From: Octopus vulgaris
Lineage: Eukaryota
Length of the DNA stretch: 64,000 bases
Direction: 5' to 3'
Assembly (NCBI GenBank): GCA_951406725.2
Contig: OX597822.1
Coordinates: forward strand, 66,650,001 to 66,714,000
Part shown: one piece after another, positions 14,399 to 27,865 of the stretch
Position numbering within the stretch: position 1 is the stretch's first letter
How the letters are laid out: the number at the start of each line of letters is the position of its first letter
Translations under genes and position numbers: made by a program
Notes under the pieces: generated by a model
Told to the model about the DNA's origin: nothing
Database searches by the model: none
What the model saw: only the letters and a program-made list of their open reading frames with translations

Positions 14399-14632
14399 TC
14401 GGCGAGCTAGCAGAATCGTTAGCACGTCGGGCGAAATGCTTAGCGGTATTTCGTCTGCCGTTACGTTGTGAGTTCAAATTCCGCCGAGGTCGACTTTGCC
14501 TTTCATCCTTTCGGGGTCGATAAATTAAGTACCAGTTAAGCACTGGGGTCGATATAATCGACTTAATACCTATGTCTGTCCATGTTTGTCTCCTCTATGT
14601 TCAGCCCCTTGTGAGTAATAAAGAAATAGGTA
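14399..14632 (+). mobile_element. SINE family 1, monomer ending in the alternative AATAAAGAAATAGG tail
   Basis: Clear match to head plus first unit of 173-759. Confidence 0.9.
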
Positions 14633-15177
14633 TATTGCCAACCTGAAGAGAGGAGAGAATTATTTCATATGAAAGTGGGCAAGGCAAAATATATAAAGCT
14701 GAATATGGTTGTTCACAACTTCCCAAATCATAAACTATGGAAAGAGAGTCGGAGTTACTCAGCTATGAGGCAGTGCAAAATACAAAGACGATAGTTCGTA
14801 AGATAGGAAGTCGATCGTCCGTAGGATATAATAAGTGCAACAACAGATAAATTATTGAAAACCATTTGAGAAAGGCGGGGACTTGAATTCATAGTACGAC
14901 TGTTAATATAAATTTTTTTCCACCTCTTATTTTTCTCTTCCTCCACTTCTTCTCTTCTCCCCTCCTCCTTCCCGCTCTTCATCTCATCTTCCTCAATTTT
15001 TTCATGCTGTTCTTGTACGTTACTGACTCCCGTTTCTTCTTCATCGAGACTAGTTCCTCTTTCTTCATTTTCTTTTTCACCCTGATCGTCATCATTGAAG
15101 TCAAAGCAAACACCTTAATCTCACAAAGGTCCTGAATACTTTTTTTTCTTTTCCTTTTGTTTCCTTTTTTTATTTAT

Positions 15178-15457
15178 ACGCCCTTTTCAAGCCTAGCCAG
15201 GCTCATGGGCCCGCTTTCTCGGTTTCTGTGGCGTATGCACCCCCGCCCCCCAGCTGGACGAGGCGCCAGTCCATCGCAGCGTTACTCAAGAAACAGGAAG
15301 AAAGAGTACAACAACGGCCGCCAACCCCGCTGCCGGAGCCTCGTGGAGCTTTAGGTGTTTTCGCTGAATAAATATACACAACGCCCGTTTTAGGAATCGA
15401 AACCGCAATCCTCCGACTGCGAGTCCGCTGCCCTAACCACTGGGCCATTGCGCCTCT
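15178..15457 (-). mobile_element. tRNA-derived SINE with V-domain-like core, family 4
   Basis: Head GGCGCAATGGCCCAGTGGTTAGGGC...GGTTTCGATTCC; internal CTGCGATGGACTGGCG..CGTCCAG resembles the V-SINE domain; related copy at 53723-53882. Confidence 0.75.
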
Positions 15458-16437
15458 ACTTGCCTTTATTTTACTAGCTATATACAAAAATTATAGTATT
15501 AAAAAATCTTGCCTAAAAAATGTATAAAGATAATGAAAATCGTCAGAAACAAGCATTTTTGAAAGAACAATCACATCATAAACGGTTTCAGCTTCAACTA
15601 GGAATCGAAAGCCGCTTGTGGATAGAAAACTCCCACCTTGTCTCATTATTACATTTTCGCATATTGATATTGGCTTGTCTTTAATAATCGCCAGACGAAA
15701 GAAGTATTTGGAAATTTTATAAATTTAATGCGTGGTCAGTAGCAACGAAGGAAGATTTATCGAATTTGAATGGAAATCAGAGACAGTTTGCGGACTCGTT
15801 CACCGCTATTATCTTTATATTCGACTTTAAGTGAATCAATCTTATTGACATTAATAAACTCAATACTACTTTGGCTCTGCGGCTCACCATCAACGATTAT
15901 AAAAAAAAAGACATATTCAAATGACGTAACCCGATGCATTAGTTACATAAAGAAGTATCTATCGGACAAGCTGTTTCGGGAATATGTCAAAATATAACAT
16001 TAGTCAAAATATTTCAAATTTCTGAATACCTATTCAATTTTCAGTTTTTAGTGATTATTGTTCGTTCGATGACATTTCAGTCCTTTATGTGAAGGTTAAA
16101 AGCATCGGTTTTTACTCACAATAGCACTCGAAATAAAGACAGATTTAGAGTAAATGGATAGGAAATGCTGAAAATGTCAAAGAATATCTCCTCGGTGTTT
16201 CAAAAGAAAAAAAAATAATAATGATAATAATAATTCCACAACGTTTTATAAGTCACTGCAATTTTTTTTTACACTTTTTCTTTTTACATCAATGTATTTC
16301 TGTTTAACTATTGATATCAATCGATTTATCATTACATCAATCTATCTGTCTCGTGAACAATCTAGACGTTTCCGTATAACTATTTTATTTTATTTTTGTC
16401 TCTCTGTCCATGTGTCTACCTCGTAACGCTTCGTGCG

Positions 16438-16438
16438 T

Positions 16439-16505
<67 letters not shown>

Positions 16506-16655
16506 ATATATATATAGATATATATACATACATGCATACATATATATATGATATATGTATATATATACATATATGTGTATACATATACATATATGTGTAT
16601 ATATATATATACATATCTGTATATATATATATATACACATATATGTATATATATA

Positions 16656-16693
<38 letters not shown>

Positions 16694-16697
16694 TATA

Positions 16698-16751
<54 letters not shown>

Positions 16752-16760
16752 CAGACATGT
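16438..16760. repeat. Interrupted (AT)n microsatellite
   Basis: Direct inspection. Confidence 0.95.
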
Positions 16761-17051
16761 ATGCCTACATAAACACAACCGCTCTCATTTATGCATGCGT
16801 CTGTATTTGTTCATGTGTTTATTTGATTTTTCCTCGGCGTAACGGACAAACCATTTAAAAAATTTGAATTATCCATATGATGTAGCAATTCTTTGAATAT
16901 ATTTGTATCAGAACAATGCCAGGAAAATATCATTATCGCTGGTTTATAAATGAAAACACACTTGATTTGACGCCAATTAGATAAATGCCAACGCAAATTG
17001 CCCATTAAAACACATTCCAACTCCTAGCGATTACTCATAAAAAATATGAAC

Positions 17052-17158
<107 letters not shown>

Positions 17159-17200
17159 CATACATACATACATATATACATACTTCTTTGATACATCTTC

Positions 17201-17390
17201 ATAAGTTACATTTGTTTCCGTACCATCTCAATTTGCAACGCGAAAATTCTGGATGGGATAAATCACGTAATATTCGAGAGGCACTTCATCAGATTTGCAT
17301 CAAAGGTGTGCTATTAAAGCTCTTTCATTTAGAATTGTCGCGTAAAATGGTGCTGCAAATTGAGATGAGACGGACATAATTGTAACTTAT
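17201..17390. mobile_element. MITE-like element with about 40-bp imperfect terminal inverted repeats
   Basis: ATAAGTTACATTTGTTTCCGTACCATCTCAATTTGCA vs TGCAAATTGAGATGAGACGGACATAATTGTAACTTAT. Confidence 0.65.
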
Positions 17391-17697
17391 AATTATTGAT
17401 GTGTTAAAGAATTTTCCCTCTGTTTTTTTTTTTTCGTTGGATTATTTACTCTTCGCTAAATTCATTTGTCGGTATAATCGCCGTGGAACGTAGATTTTCT
17501 ATACCTGAAGAACCCGGCTTCGGCTTGGAACCTGAGTGTGTTGATAGCTCAGTATTCGGTTCGTGTGCTTCTCTGGAAATACCCACCTGAGCATAGCCTT
17601 TTACTCTATGCTAAATATATATACATACACACACTCTCACACGTACATACAAACACACACACACACAGACACACACACAGACACACACACACACACA

Positions 17698-17789
<92 letters not shown>

Positions 17790-18712
17790 CAGGCATTTGG
17801 CATTGATAGTCTTTCCTAATTGTCAAAAGCAAGTTGGCATAGTACACTCAATAAAAGGTGTGACTCTTTTGAAGAGAGTCAATAAATACCATTCCATTTG
17901 CATACCTACAGATTGTGGCCATTACCATTCCTGTAAATGAAGTGACTTTGGCCTGCTTTGAGGCAGATGGACGGCTGTTTTCCCTACATTGATTCTCTCT
18001 TTGTCTCTGGCTCAAAGTGATGAACTCAGAGCTCATCTTCAGTTAGGAAACGTTCAGCTGAATCTGCCTCAAACAATGTCAGTTATTTTCCCCGTTATAT
18101 GATTAGGCTGATGTGTTTTTTACGAAGTGTCAGAAGTCTTGGTACCCACTGATCAGAAACCTTCGTCGTGTCAAATTCATCGGGCAGAATATTCTCAACG
18201 GAATATGTTAATAGCATTGGATGATTGATTTAAAATCAATTGTCTCTCATCTATCCGCATGTGGTACACATGATCAATGTCTTCTTCGTGGTAGCGGTTG
18301 CAGGATGTCCAGACCACGAGTCGAATTCATTACGCTCCCTTTCCTTACTAAATTCAGTTGCCCGCTTTTGCACTATTGATATAGCCTGAACGAAGTCTCC
18401 CAAAGTAGCAATCTTGTCAGCGTGAATATCGCTCGAGAGCTAAACTCTTTTTCTGCAAGTACTTGATAATAACACGATGCGTAATTCGGTTCCTTTTTAC
18501 GAGAAATCACTACTAGCTACATTTGAAGTCTTCAATGAAAACTCAGATAACTGCTTACTTCGAACGAAACTATGAAATTATTAGTACGGGTTTCCCAGCT
18601 CTAGCATCACTCCTCTATAGTTCGCCTATTAAATTTTCAGATCAGCCTTGTAGAATACATGCTGACATTAATGGCGCCTGCAAGTGACACTTTTGCGACT
18701 TTGGTCAGCCCC
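17790..18712 (-). mobile_element. Decayed mariner transposon (5-prime two thirds of transposase)
   Basis: Broken frames give IKYLQKK, WVPRLLT, KQAKV..GMVMAT..ANGMVFIDSLQKSHT and YYANLL, matching mariner transposase order; truncated by (CA)n. Confidence 0.85.
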
Positions 18713-19900
18713 TAGTTAAAAGACTGATATTTCATTACCACTCTCAAAATTATAATTAACCAGTGACTAATCCATAGAAAACATAACTAACGACGATATT
18801 GTTCATTAAATGTGTCATAGTATTATAACTTATTCCTGTAAAACATCATAATTATAATCTTCACTTCGTGATGCTTAACGATACAGAACGCCTTGATTAG
18901 CTCTATGTAAAATAAAGGCATATTGTATAGCATCTTGGTAAATGCGCAACTGTTTTCCAGGGTGTTATTTAGAAAGATTACGTTTGCAATCCTGTAATTA
19001 GTATGGTAATATAAAATTTTCCATATATGTAAACCATTGTATCTTTGTTTGTATACATATTGCACAACATTGCCGTAGGTAAATGAAGCATGCATTTCAA
19101 TAGTTTTATCGATAATCTAGCAATGCATATCATAATGACATATTCTTCCTTTCATCCTGTCCCCATGTGCGGTGTAATTGGATTGTTACGATCATATTAA
19201 TTTCATGTTTTACACATTTCAGTGTAAAATCACATTTCTGGTGCGATAATGAAAAATCGATAGAATATGGAGAAAAACATGGAGAGAACTGGAGAAAGAG
19301 AGAATATATATATATATATATATATGAGGAAAGAAAGAAAGAAAGAATGGGCAAAAATAAGAGAACAAAGGGTTATAACGAAGAATGAGATACCTAAAAG
19401 ACGAGAGAGAGAGAGAGAGAGAGAAGTAAAGAGAGAAAGCTTGGAATAGAGAAAGAGATTTGGGATAGATTATGAGGGAAACGGTAGGTCGATTGCATTA
19501 TAAAATACATAATTAATTTCAATTACTAAGTAATAACCATTCATCTGTGACGAAATCAAGTTGGGTATCTTGATGAAGGTCATGCAACCTATTCCGATCG
19601 ACCTCTCTGAAGTGTGTAATCAAATCGAAGAAATCTATTGCATTAATATAATTTGATCACTTTCAGAAACTGATATCATGACAGTCACTAACTAAACGAA
19701 AGAAATCTTTATTGATAGGCGCGTAGTAAATATCTTATAACTGTATGTGGTAGAAGGCTGAACAGAGGCCCTCTATACTGTAGATAAAATATGATATCCG
19801 ATTATATGCCAGACGAATTGGCAGAATCGCTAGAAAGTCACATAGAATGCTTTGTGATATATATTCCTACTATCTGCCATTATATTTCAAATCCTACATA

Positions 19901-20122
19901 AGATGGTGAGCTGGCAGAATTGTTAGGACGCTGGGAAACAATGCTCAGCGGTAATTTGTTCGTCTTTAATTTCTCAGTTCAAATTCCGCCGAGGCCGATT
20001 TTGTCCTTCATACATTTCAGGGTTCGATAAAATTAAAGAAGTACCAGTTGAGGACTGGGGTCTGTAATTGACTTACTCCTTCCTCTCGACCTTTCTGGCC
20101 TTATGACAAAATTTGAAAGCAA
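19901..20122 (+). mobile_element. SINE family 1, diverged (further remnants on both sides)
   Basis: GGTGAGCTGGCAGAA head, GTTCAAATTCCGCCGAGG, GTACCAGTTGAG. Confidence 0.8.
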
Positions 20123-20499
20123 TACATTTCAAATCCCACCGGGGTAAAATTGCCTTACATCTCTACAGTGTTGAGAATAATAATAAAGAGACCGGTTCAG
20201 ATTGAAAGAGCAATATTTCCGCACTTTTGAGTTTTGATAACACAGACTGCGTTGAGTGCTATATTCGCAATTTATGTGGAAAGGAGAGGTCTCTAAGCAT
20301 TAGAAATTCCAAAGCTTAAATAATACTTTACAGAAGGAAGTGGGTGTGTTGATCATAGGTCACAACGCCTAATATTCAAACCAAAGATCTACACAAAAGG
20401 TAGATTCTAAATATTTATAATTAATGTGTAAATATTGTAAAGGATATATTGTGAGTGGGTGAAATGCCTGGTGGCCAGAATTTACAATGGATGCAGTGC

Positions 20500-20568
20500 A
20501 TGAGAGAAGTGATGTCATATACATCACTGAGAGAAGTGATGTTATTTCTGTAAGAGAAGTGATGTCAT
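20500..20568. repeat. Three copies of AGAGAAGTGATGT
   Basis: Direct inspection, spacing 23-27 bp. Confidence 0.8.
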
Positions 20569-21980
20569 ACACCTGATCATGTAAAAGCGTAAATACCGAT
20601 ATATTCAGTATTTTCCTAATGTTGAGTGTACTGGGGTTTTCTATACGCCCATTAGTAGGTTAGATTTAGATGTGATGAAGACGTAATTATGAGGGTTTGG
20701 TTAAGAGAATCCCTTTACAACTATATATTTTCCTATTGCACGGTCCTTGGCTACGTATAACGCACCTTATACGCATTATGACTCATTATATATGCGTGTA
20801 TATGTGTGTAAGTATGCCTCTATGTATTGACACGCACACACATATGCATATATATTTGTGTGTGGAATAATTCGGTGGAAGTTATTCCCATCTGTTGTTT
20901 ACGTTACAATAAATACATTTTCAAGTTAGGAAACCAAAGTTGAGTGACTTCATAAAACACAGCAATATCCCAAACTCTATCTTCACTAAATATATACATC
21001 ATCAAGAAATTTTCCGATTTGCATCAACAGGCTCGATGGTATTATTACAGCTACGCTTTTTAATGAATAAACAAAAATATTTTATACGTGTGAAAGTAGA
21101 TCTTTTTTACAGTATAATCCTTATTTTGGAAGGAAATCATATTTCCTGGATTATTACACAGGTATAACGAAAAGAGTGGCGTAATGATTTGTGCATCAGA
21201 AACCAACAAGAAACGATTTTTTTTACAAAATGCTTCTTATAACAAGTATTTTTAGTTCTCACAAAACATAGCATTTCAGATAAAGCTGGGATTACAATTT
21301 TGCATCTACACTTCGAAACGCGTCGTGGTTTGTAATGTTATTGTTTGTAAAATTGTTAGTATTTTATCGGTGTTCATAAATCCGATATAAGTAATGCACT
21401 TAAAAAGAATTCTTGATAAAGGTTGTGTTACTTTAAGATGTTACTATCAAATCTCTCTGTCTATATCTCAAAGGAAGGAGAATATCTAAGTCTAAAGGGA
21501 GGTTTTTTTTAAAGGTTGGAATAAATTTAATTGGAAAATCAGAGAATATTGAGAAGAGAACAGAAAAGAACTTTTTATGCGCAGCATCGTTAATATAATC
21601 AAATAAGCTTTTCAAACCTCGACATAGTAAAAACCAAATTCATAAGGAATTGTATTCAGGTTGTAATACATATATATTCATTCTAGGAATCCAATGATGA
21701 GTGACCTCATCAATAAAAAAAAGCATTTAACACTTTAAGCTAAAGAATATCGGCGCCATTTTTGTTATTTCCGCTAAGCAGTAATCTGTTTGGTATTAGC
21801 TATTAATACGCATGACAAAAACTAGTTCTTTATATGGATTATTTTAGATACTATTATATGTTATTTTGGAATTATGTATTCAATATTGATGTTAAATACC
21901 AAATATCAGATAGGTAGATTTGTTAGAGTTTTAAAAAGTGGGTAAGAAGGAAATTAAACACTTTAGATATTCTAATGATG

Positions 21981-22026
<46 letters not shown>

Positions 22027-22039
22027 TTCATCTATATAT

Positions 22040-22311
22040 GTCATCGCAGAGTATACTCGCAGCAAGTATAGATGGGCTGGACACGTCGCCCGGCTCACCG
22101 ATAATCGGTGGACGCACGCTGTTGTCGAGTGGTACCCGCGTGAGCGGAAAGGACCAACCGGAAGACCTCCACGACGGTGGAATGACGATTTCAAGAGGAC
22201 GATTGCGATCACGTGGATGAGAAAGGCGCGATCTAGAGAGGAGTGGACAGCGTGCTGTGACCAGCGGTGTCAAATTGACGCCTGACGGACTGGTCGGTCA
22301 ACGTGATCAAA

Positions 22312-22316
<5 letters not shown>
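22040..22316 (+). mobile_element. 3-prime end of an RTE-clade LINE inserted in (AT)n
   Basis: RWAGHVARLTDNRWT..VVEWYP..GRPPRRWNDD is the typical RTE C-terminus; stop at 22283-22285; short GTGAT repeat tail. Confidence 0.85.
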
Positions 22317-22358
<42 letters not shown>

Positions 22359-22819
22359 ATATACATATACATATTTATATATTGTGCTCAAAAGTCGTTA
22401 CCAATGAATTCGAAATTTGCGAAGTTCATTTACATGCGGTGGCCTTGTGTGAGTAGCTGTGTCTGCATACATGTATGTGTGTGTTTGTGCTTTTGTATGT
22501 GTGTGTGTGTGTGCCCTCGCCTGAAAAGCTGAGTGTCGTGAAATACGAGATGCATATTTGCAAATTAAGCTTCAATAAACAAATAATTAACAATGATAAC
22601 ACTGCAACAATTTTTTATATCGTTTAGCCCCTGGACAATCTTAAATAAGCAAACCTAAGATCCAAAGTTATTTCAATCAAATCATGATCATCTAGTCTGT
22701 TTCCATTTTCTCTATTATGGTACATGCAGAAATTCAATATAAAACACTTCATACGACAGTAAAATACTATTTGTGGGAGGCACTTTTTATTTCCTCGTCG
22801 TTTAGTCAGTAAAATCACA

Positions 22820-23472
22820 TCCTTTCTTATTATGTCATTGACGGGAGGAATGAATCGATTACAAAGTCAAACTCGTCAGCTTTTGGACTTAAAAGGTCAA
22901 GAGACGGAAGAGATGCCGATAAGTATTTTGCCAGTCGCTGTAACAATTCTACCAGCAAAGCCTTTAAAATGATAAAAAATAAAACGTGTTAACGTTTCTG
23001 CCAGCTCGCCGTCTTTCAACAATGACAATATTACCAAGTGTGTTTAACGGTATTTCATCTGTCTTTACGTTCTACCAGCAAACAACCTTAAAAATAATAT
23101 TGATTAGACTTACTTCTATAGGGAGAAAGCCTGAAATTAGTGAGAGGGGTCTAGTCGTTTATGTCAACCCCGTACTCAACTGCTAGTTATTTCATCGACT
23201 TCAAAATTTATGAAAAGCGAAGCGGAACTCAGAAACTAAAAACCGGGAAGAAATGCCAACAAACATTTTGCCCACCGTACTAGTGATTCCACCACCCTCC
23301 TCATCTTCATCCTCCTCCTCATCACCGTTATCATCATCTTTACTGAGTTCAAATTCCGCCGAGGCCGACTTTGCCTTTCACCTTTTCGGAGTCGTCGCGT
23401 ACTGGGGTCGATCTACTCGACTGGCTCCCTCCACAAAAATTTCGTGCTTTGTGCGTAGAACAGAAAAGAATA
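22820..23472. mobile_element. Cluster of decayed SINE family 1 fragments in both orientations
   Basis: Best piece 23343-23472 (+): CTGAGTTCAAATTCCGCCGAGGCCGACTTTGCCTTTCA. Confidence 0.65.
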
Positions 23473-23689
23473 CTATCAAGTGTGTCCTTCTTTTAGACGA
23501 TATAATGTGATATTAGTGCTATGGCTTGCTGCTATGTCTAGCTGATATAACAAACTGCTTAAATGCTTTCTCGCTGATCCAAACTAAAATCTCCCTATTC
23601 TGTGATTGCTGATGAGAAATAATGTCTATGTTCAATAAACTGTACTCAACAAACCCACGAATGCTGTCTCACTATTTTGCTTTCCATCC

Positions 23690-24638
23690 TTCTTCTTTTC
23701 CTTCGTTTTTTTTTTTGTTTTTTTTGTATTTCATCTCGTTATCATTTTCATCATCGTCGTCGTGGTCATTGCTTTCGTCATCACCGTAGTCGTCATCAGC
23801 GTCATCATCATCATCGTTGTCTTCGTTGTCGTAATGATCTTTGCTGTAATCGTTCTCTGCATTATTTTTCGTCGTCCACCATCTCTGCTTGCCAGCCTTG
23901 ATTCTTTGCCGATTTCCGTTCTTTTTCTTTGATTCTCCTCCTCCTCCTCCTCCTCCTCCTCCTCCACCACCACCACCACCTCCGCCGTCACCACCACCGC
24001 CACCACCACCACCGCTGCCGCCACTACCGCTACCACCACCATCATCACCACCCATCACCACCTCCTCCTTTTCAAAATCATCATCATCAACGCCACGATC
24101 AACATCATCACTATCATCATCATCACCATCATCAACGTCATCATCAAAGTCGTCATTATCACGATCATCATAATTATCATCATCATCATCACGTTTTTCT
24201 ATCCGTTCTCCTCTCTCTTCTTCTGCGAATGCTACTCGTACTACTATCTTTTTTCTTCCGTATCTCTTTCCGCTTACTCCTTCTCCTTTCTTTCTTTCTT
24301 TGCTATTTCTTCTTAATCCCCTCCTCTTCCTCTTCGACCTTTTCCTCCTTTCTCCTTCATGAATCTTCTCCTCCACCTACTCCTTTCTCCCCCTCCTACC
24401 TTATTTTCCAACAACTTTCCCTTTCCTATTGCCTCTTGCCTATTTAAGAATACACTGCGTGTTGTTCTTGAATGGAATGTTTTTTAAGCGTCGACTGAAA
24501 GATAGCAATTAATATTTGAAAGTCAATCGTAACGCACCTGTAATGTAAATAAATTCTCGGAATCAGTTCAACATTTCCATTTGCGGCAGTAATAAAGGCG
24601 GTAAAGAAAATATAATCATCAACATCGCCAACATCATC

Positions 24639-24669
<31 letters not shown>

Positions 24670-24719
24670 GAATCAGAATCACCATCACGATCGTTATAAG
24701 TTTCACCATCATCATCATT

Positions 24720-24783
<64 letters not shown>

Positions 24784-24884
24784 TCATCATCAATCCCTTC
24801 GTCACGATCATCATAGTGTTTTATCATGCTCACCATCATCATCATCATCATCATCATCAACATCATCATTATCATCATCATCGA

Positions 24885-24927
<43 letters not shown>

Positions 24928-24931
24928 GTTG

Positions 24932-24965
<34 letters not shown>

Positions 24966-26010
24966 TACCAACATCACCACCACCGCTATCCTTCTCCTTC
25001 TCTTAGACGTCATCTTTCCCTTCCTCCCCTTCTTCATCATCATCAACGTCATCATGAAAATCTATTATCACTATCAACATCTTCATCACTGCCGAGATAT
25101 TCATGATAAACAACACTGTCAGTCTCCACCTCTTTCATCGCCTTCATCCTACCCATCACTCTGCTTCTCTTCTTCCTCCACTTCTTCTCTTGGCATCTCC
25201 CTCTCAGCATCATCATCATCGCCAAACGTTCATCAACGTTATTACAGCTCGCTCCATTACGATCGTGAACAACAACAACAACGATAAAAACGCGTATCAA
25301 CGGACTGAGCTACAACAACGACGACGATGGTTTCAAAGAGAGTATTGAGAGAGAGAGAGAGGGGGGGTCAGAGAAGATAAAGAAAGAGAGAGAGGGGGTT
25401 CAGAGAAGATAAAGAAAGAGACAGAGGGAACAAGGAGAGAGAGGGGGAGAGACTTAGAGATACATAGGGACTGAATTAAAGCGGGGAGAACGTAAAAGTG
25501 TAAAAGTTGAAAGAGAGTGAGTGAGAGAGAGAGAGAGAAAGAGAGGGGAATGGGAGACATCTTGTTGAAGAAAGACGTATAACTAAAGGAGAACAGTCGA
25601 GATATAAAATGAGTGATTTCATTTGTCATGGATTTCCAGAAGAATTTATTATTGCCAGGACTATTTCCCGAGCAATAAACAGGGAGATGATGGATCGCTT
25701 GCCTCGACATCTGGAGAAGAAAGAGAAGCTGTTGTTGTGTTCTTTGCAATATCGGCGGGGGTTTCAATGGTGTCGTTGCTGTTGCTAATACTACTGCTAC
25801 TGCTGCTGCTGCTGCTGCTGCCTGTTGTTGCTGTTTGTCATTTTGGTAATGCTGGTAATGGTGGGGAAGACGTTGGTAGTGGTGGTGGTGGTAGCGATGT
25901 TGTTGTTGTTGTTGTTGTTAGTATTGGTTGCGATGGGTGGCGGGGGGGGGGGGCCACGTTGTGTGTTAGGGGAGACGGTGGTGGTAGTACTGGTTGGAGC
26001 GGTGGTGATA
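23690..26010. repeat. Extended low-complexity region: (CAT)n, (CCT)n, (CCA)n, (GA)n, (CTG)n, (GTT)n
   Basis: Direct inspection; interrupted by short unique islands at about 24440-24615 and 25560-25775. Confidence 0.9.
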
Positions 26011-26140
26011 ATGCTGTTCGATATGTAGGGATATAAAATAGATAAAAATTGAGAATGTAAAGGAAATTCATAACTTAAGAAATCATCAAGAAATCATTTT
26101 AATGGGGTATCATTAAAAAAATATCAATCCATACATATAT

Positions 26141-26299
26141 GCGCAGGCGTGGGAAGCACGCTTCCCAACCACATAGTTCCGGGTTCAGTCCCACTGCGGG
26201 ACACCTTGGGTTAGTGTCTTCTACCATAGCCTCGGGTCGACCGAAGCTTTGAGAGTCTACTTAGTAGACAGAAAACGAAAGATGTCCGTTGTATAAATA

Positions 26300-26342
<43 letters not shown>

Positions 26343-26549
26343 GTCTGTCTTTGCACCACCACCTCATAGCCGGCGTTGGTGTGTCTTCTTACCCGTAAAT
26401 TAACGGTTCACCCAAAGATATCGATGGAACACATACCATGTGTATAAATGGAACAGTTGCTGAGGTCGATTCGTTCGACAAAAATTTTTCAGAGTGGCGC
26501 CCCCTCATGGGCGCAGCCTAATGACTGAACCAAGTAAAAGATAAAAGAA
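26141..26549 (+). mobile_element. SINE family 2 (CORE-like), bipartite with internal (GT)n
   Basis: GGTTCAGTCCCACTGCG..CACCTTGGG..AGTGTCTTCTAC head, internal microsatellite, 3-prime ATGACTGAA..AAGTAAAAG tail. Confidence 0.85.
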
Positions 26550-26808
26550 TATTGTCTGTATGACTGTATATGCAAGGACATCTATATATGTATTATATAT
26601 ATTCATGTATATAATGCATATTATTTAGGTATATGTGCGTGTGCGTGTATATGTATGTATGTATATGTGTGTGCGTTTGCTTGTGTGTGAGTGTTTTTGT
26701 TTGTATGTGTGTGTGTTTTGTGGAACAGTGATGCTCAAAAACAACAAAGTTATTAAGAATAACGTGTAAATATAGAGTTAAATTCCTTTAAAGATTATTT
26801 CTAAAATA

Positions 26809-27324
26809 TTAGGTTGAGGAAAAAATTCGTGGGCCGTGTTACAATAATGCTTTTTCTTATATATATTTTTTTTGTGGTGTGTGATTTCATTCAGTTCATG
26901 TAATTTTCAGTGTTTACTCACCGTGTTCATCGAGAACGCGCTTTGATTCAAGAAGACAATGTAAAGCCGCATACCACCAGAAAGACCAGCAACAAGATTT
27001 AGGAACTCGACGGTGTGGAATTTCTGACGCAACCAACCTGTAGTCCAGACGTTGCTCCCTCAGACTATGGTCTTTCTGATCAATGCAGCACTTTATGAAA
27101 GGTCGCCGATTTAAGTCATTCTATGAAGTTGAAGAAACCTGTCAAAAATTTCTCAATTGAAAGCCGAAGGGTTGGTACATTGACCAAATCCGAAAGCTTG
27201 CAGATCGTTGGCAGAAGGTCGTGGAAAACGATGGTCTTAAATTCTGAAGAATGTTGTTTTTGAATAAGTTCTTGCATAAAAATCATTATTTTAACACGGC
27301 GCATGAACTTTTTCCACAATCTAG
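26809..27324 (+). mobile_element. Internally deleted mariner element
   Basis: About 33-bp TIRs (TTAGGTTGAGGAAAAAATTCGTGGGCCGTGTTA / TAACACGGCGCATGAACTTTTTCCACAATCTAG), TA on both flanks, CSPDVAPSDY motif (YSPDLAPSD-like). Confidence 0.9.
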
Positions 27325-27364
27325 TATATAGAAAGATTTGGAGTGATGCAATAAAGAATCGTAT

Positions 27365-27535
27365 GTAAGAGCGTGATGAATAATTTCCTGGCTTTAGTGG
27401 AAAGAAAATACAGGAGCATTAATTATGATTTTAATCAATATATTCACACGCTAAGTGCAGCGGTCCTGTAAAAGAAGTTGGAAGGCTGGGTCTTCAACCA
27501 GACCTTTCAAGACGAAGAAATTTCAGCACCCCTTA
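27365..27535 (+). mobile_element. Mariner-type MITE (related copy at 49885-50090)
   Basis: Shared AAAATACAG..TTAATTATGATTTTA..CCTGTAAAAGAA..GGAAG..CAGC.ACCCCT motifs between the two copies. Confidence 0.6.
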
Positions 27536-27597
27536 TGTGTGTGTATGTGTATGTGTGAATGGGCGCGCGTGTCTGTTTCCGTGTGTGTGCGTTTGTG

Positions 27598-27632
<35 letters not shown>

Positions 27633-27804
27633 ACGTATATGTATATCTTTACGGGCGTGCTTGTAATATATATGTATATATGTACCTATTTTCTGCTTTT
27701 TCTCCTACGATATTTTCTGTTGACCGTTGGTGAAATACACTAGCACGTCTTTTAAATCACTTAGATTCAGTGATTGGAAATTACATATCCATATATCTAC
27801 ATAT

Positions 27805-27865
<61 letters not shown>

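Noticed and set aside
20220-20600. Possible third PLE 3-prime end
   Set aside because: Only vague endonuclease-terminus resemblance and a broken CTGATCA core; too decayed to call.
21290-21330. GAAA-CGCG-TC half motif; similar partial motifs near 17505, 33285, 42038, 47015, 50170
   Set aside because: Each lacks either the CUGANGA half or stem I complementarity.
23605-23635. CTGATGA-GAAA..GTC hammerhead-like string
   Set aside because: No stem II and no credible stem I or III pairing.
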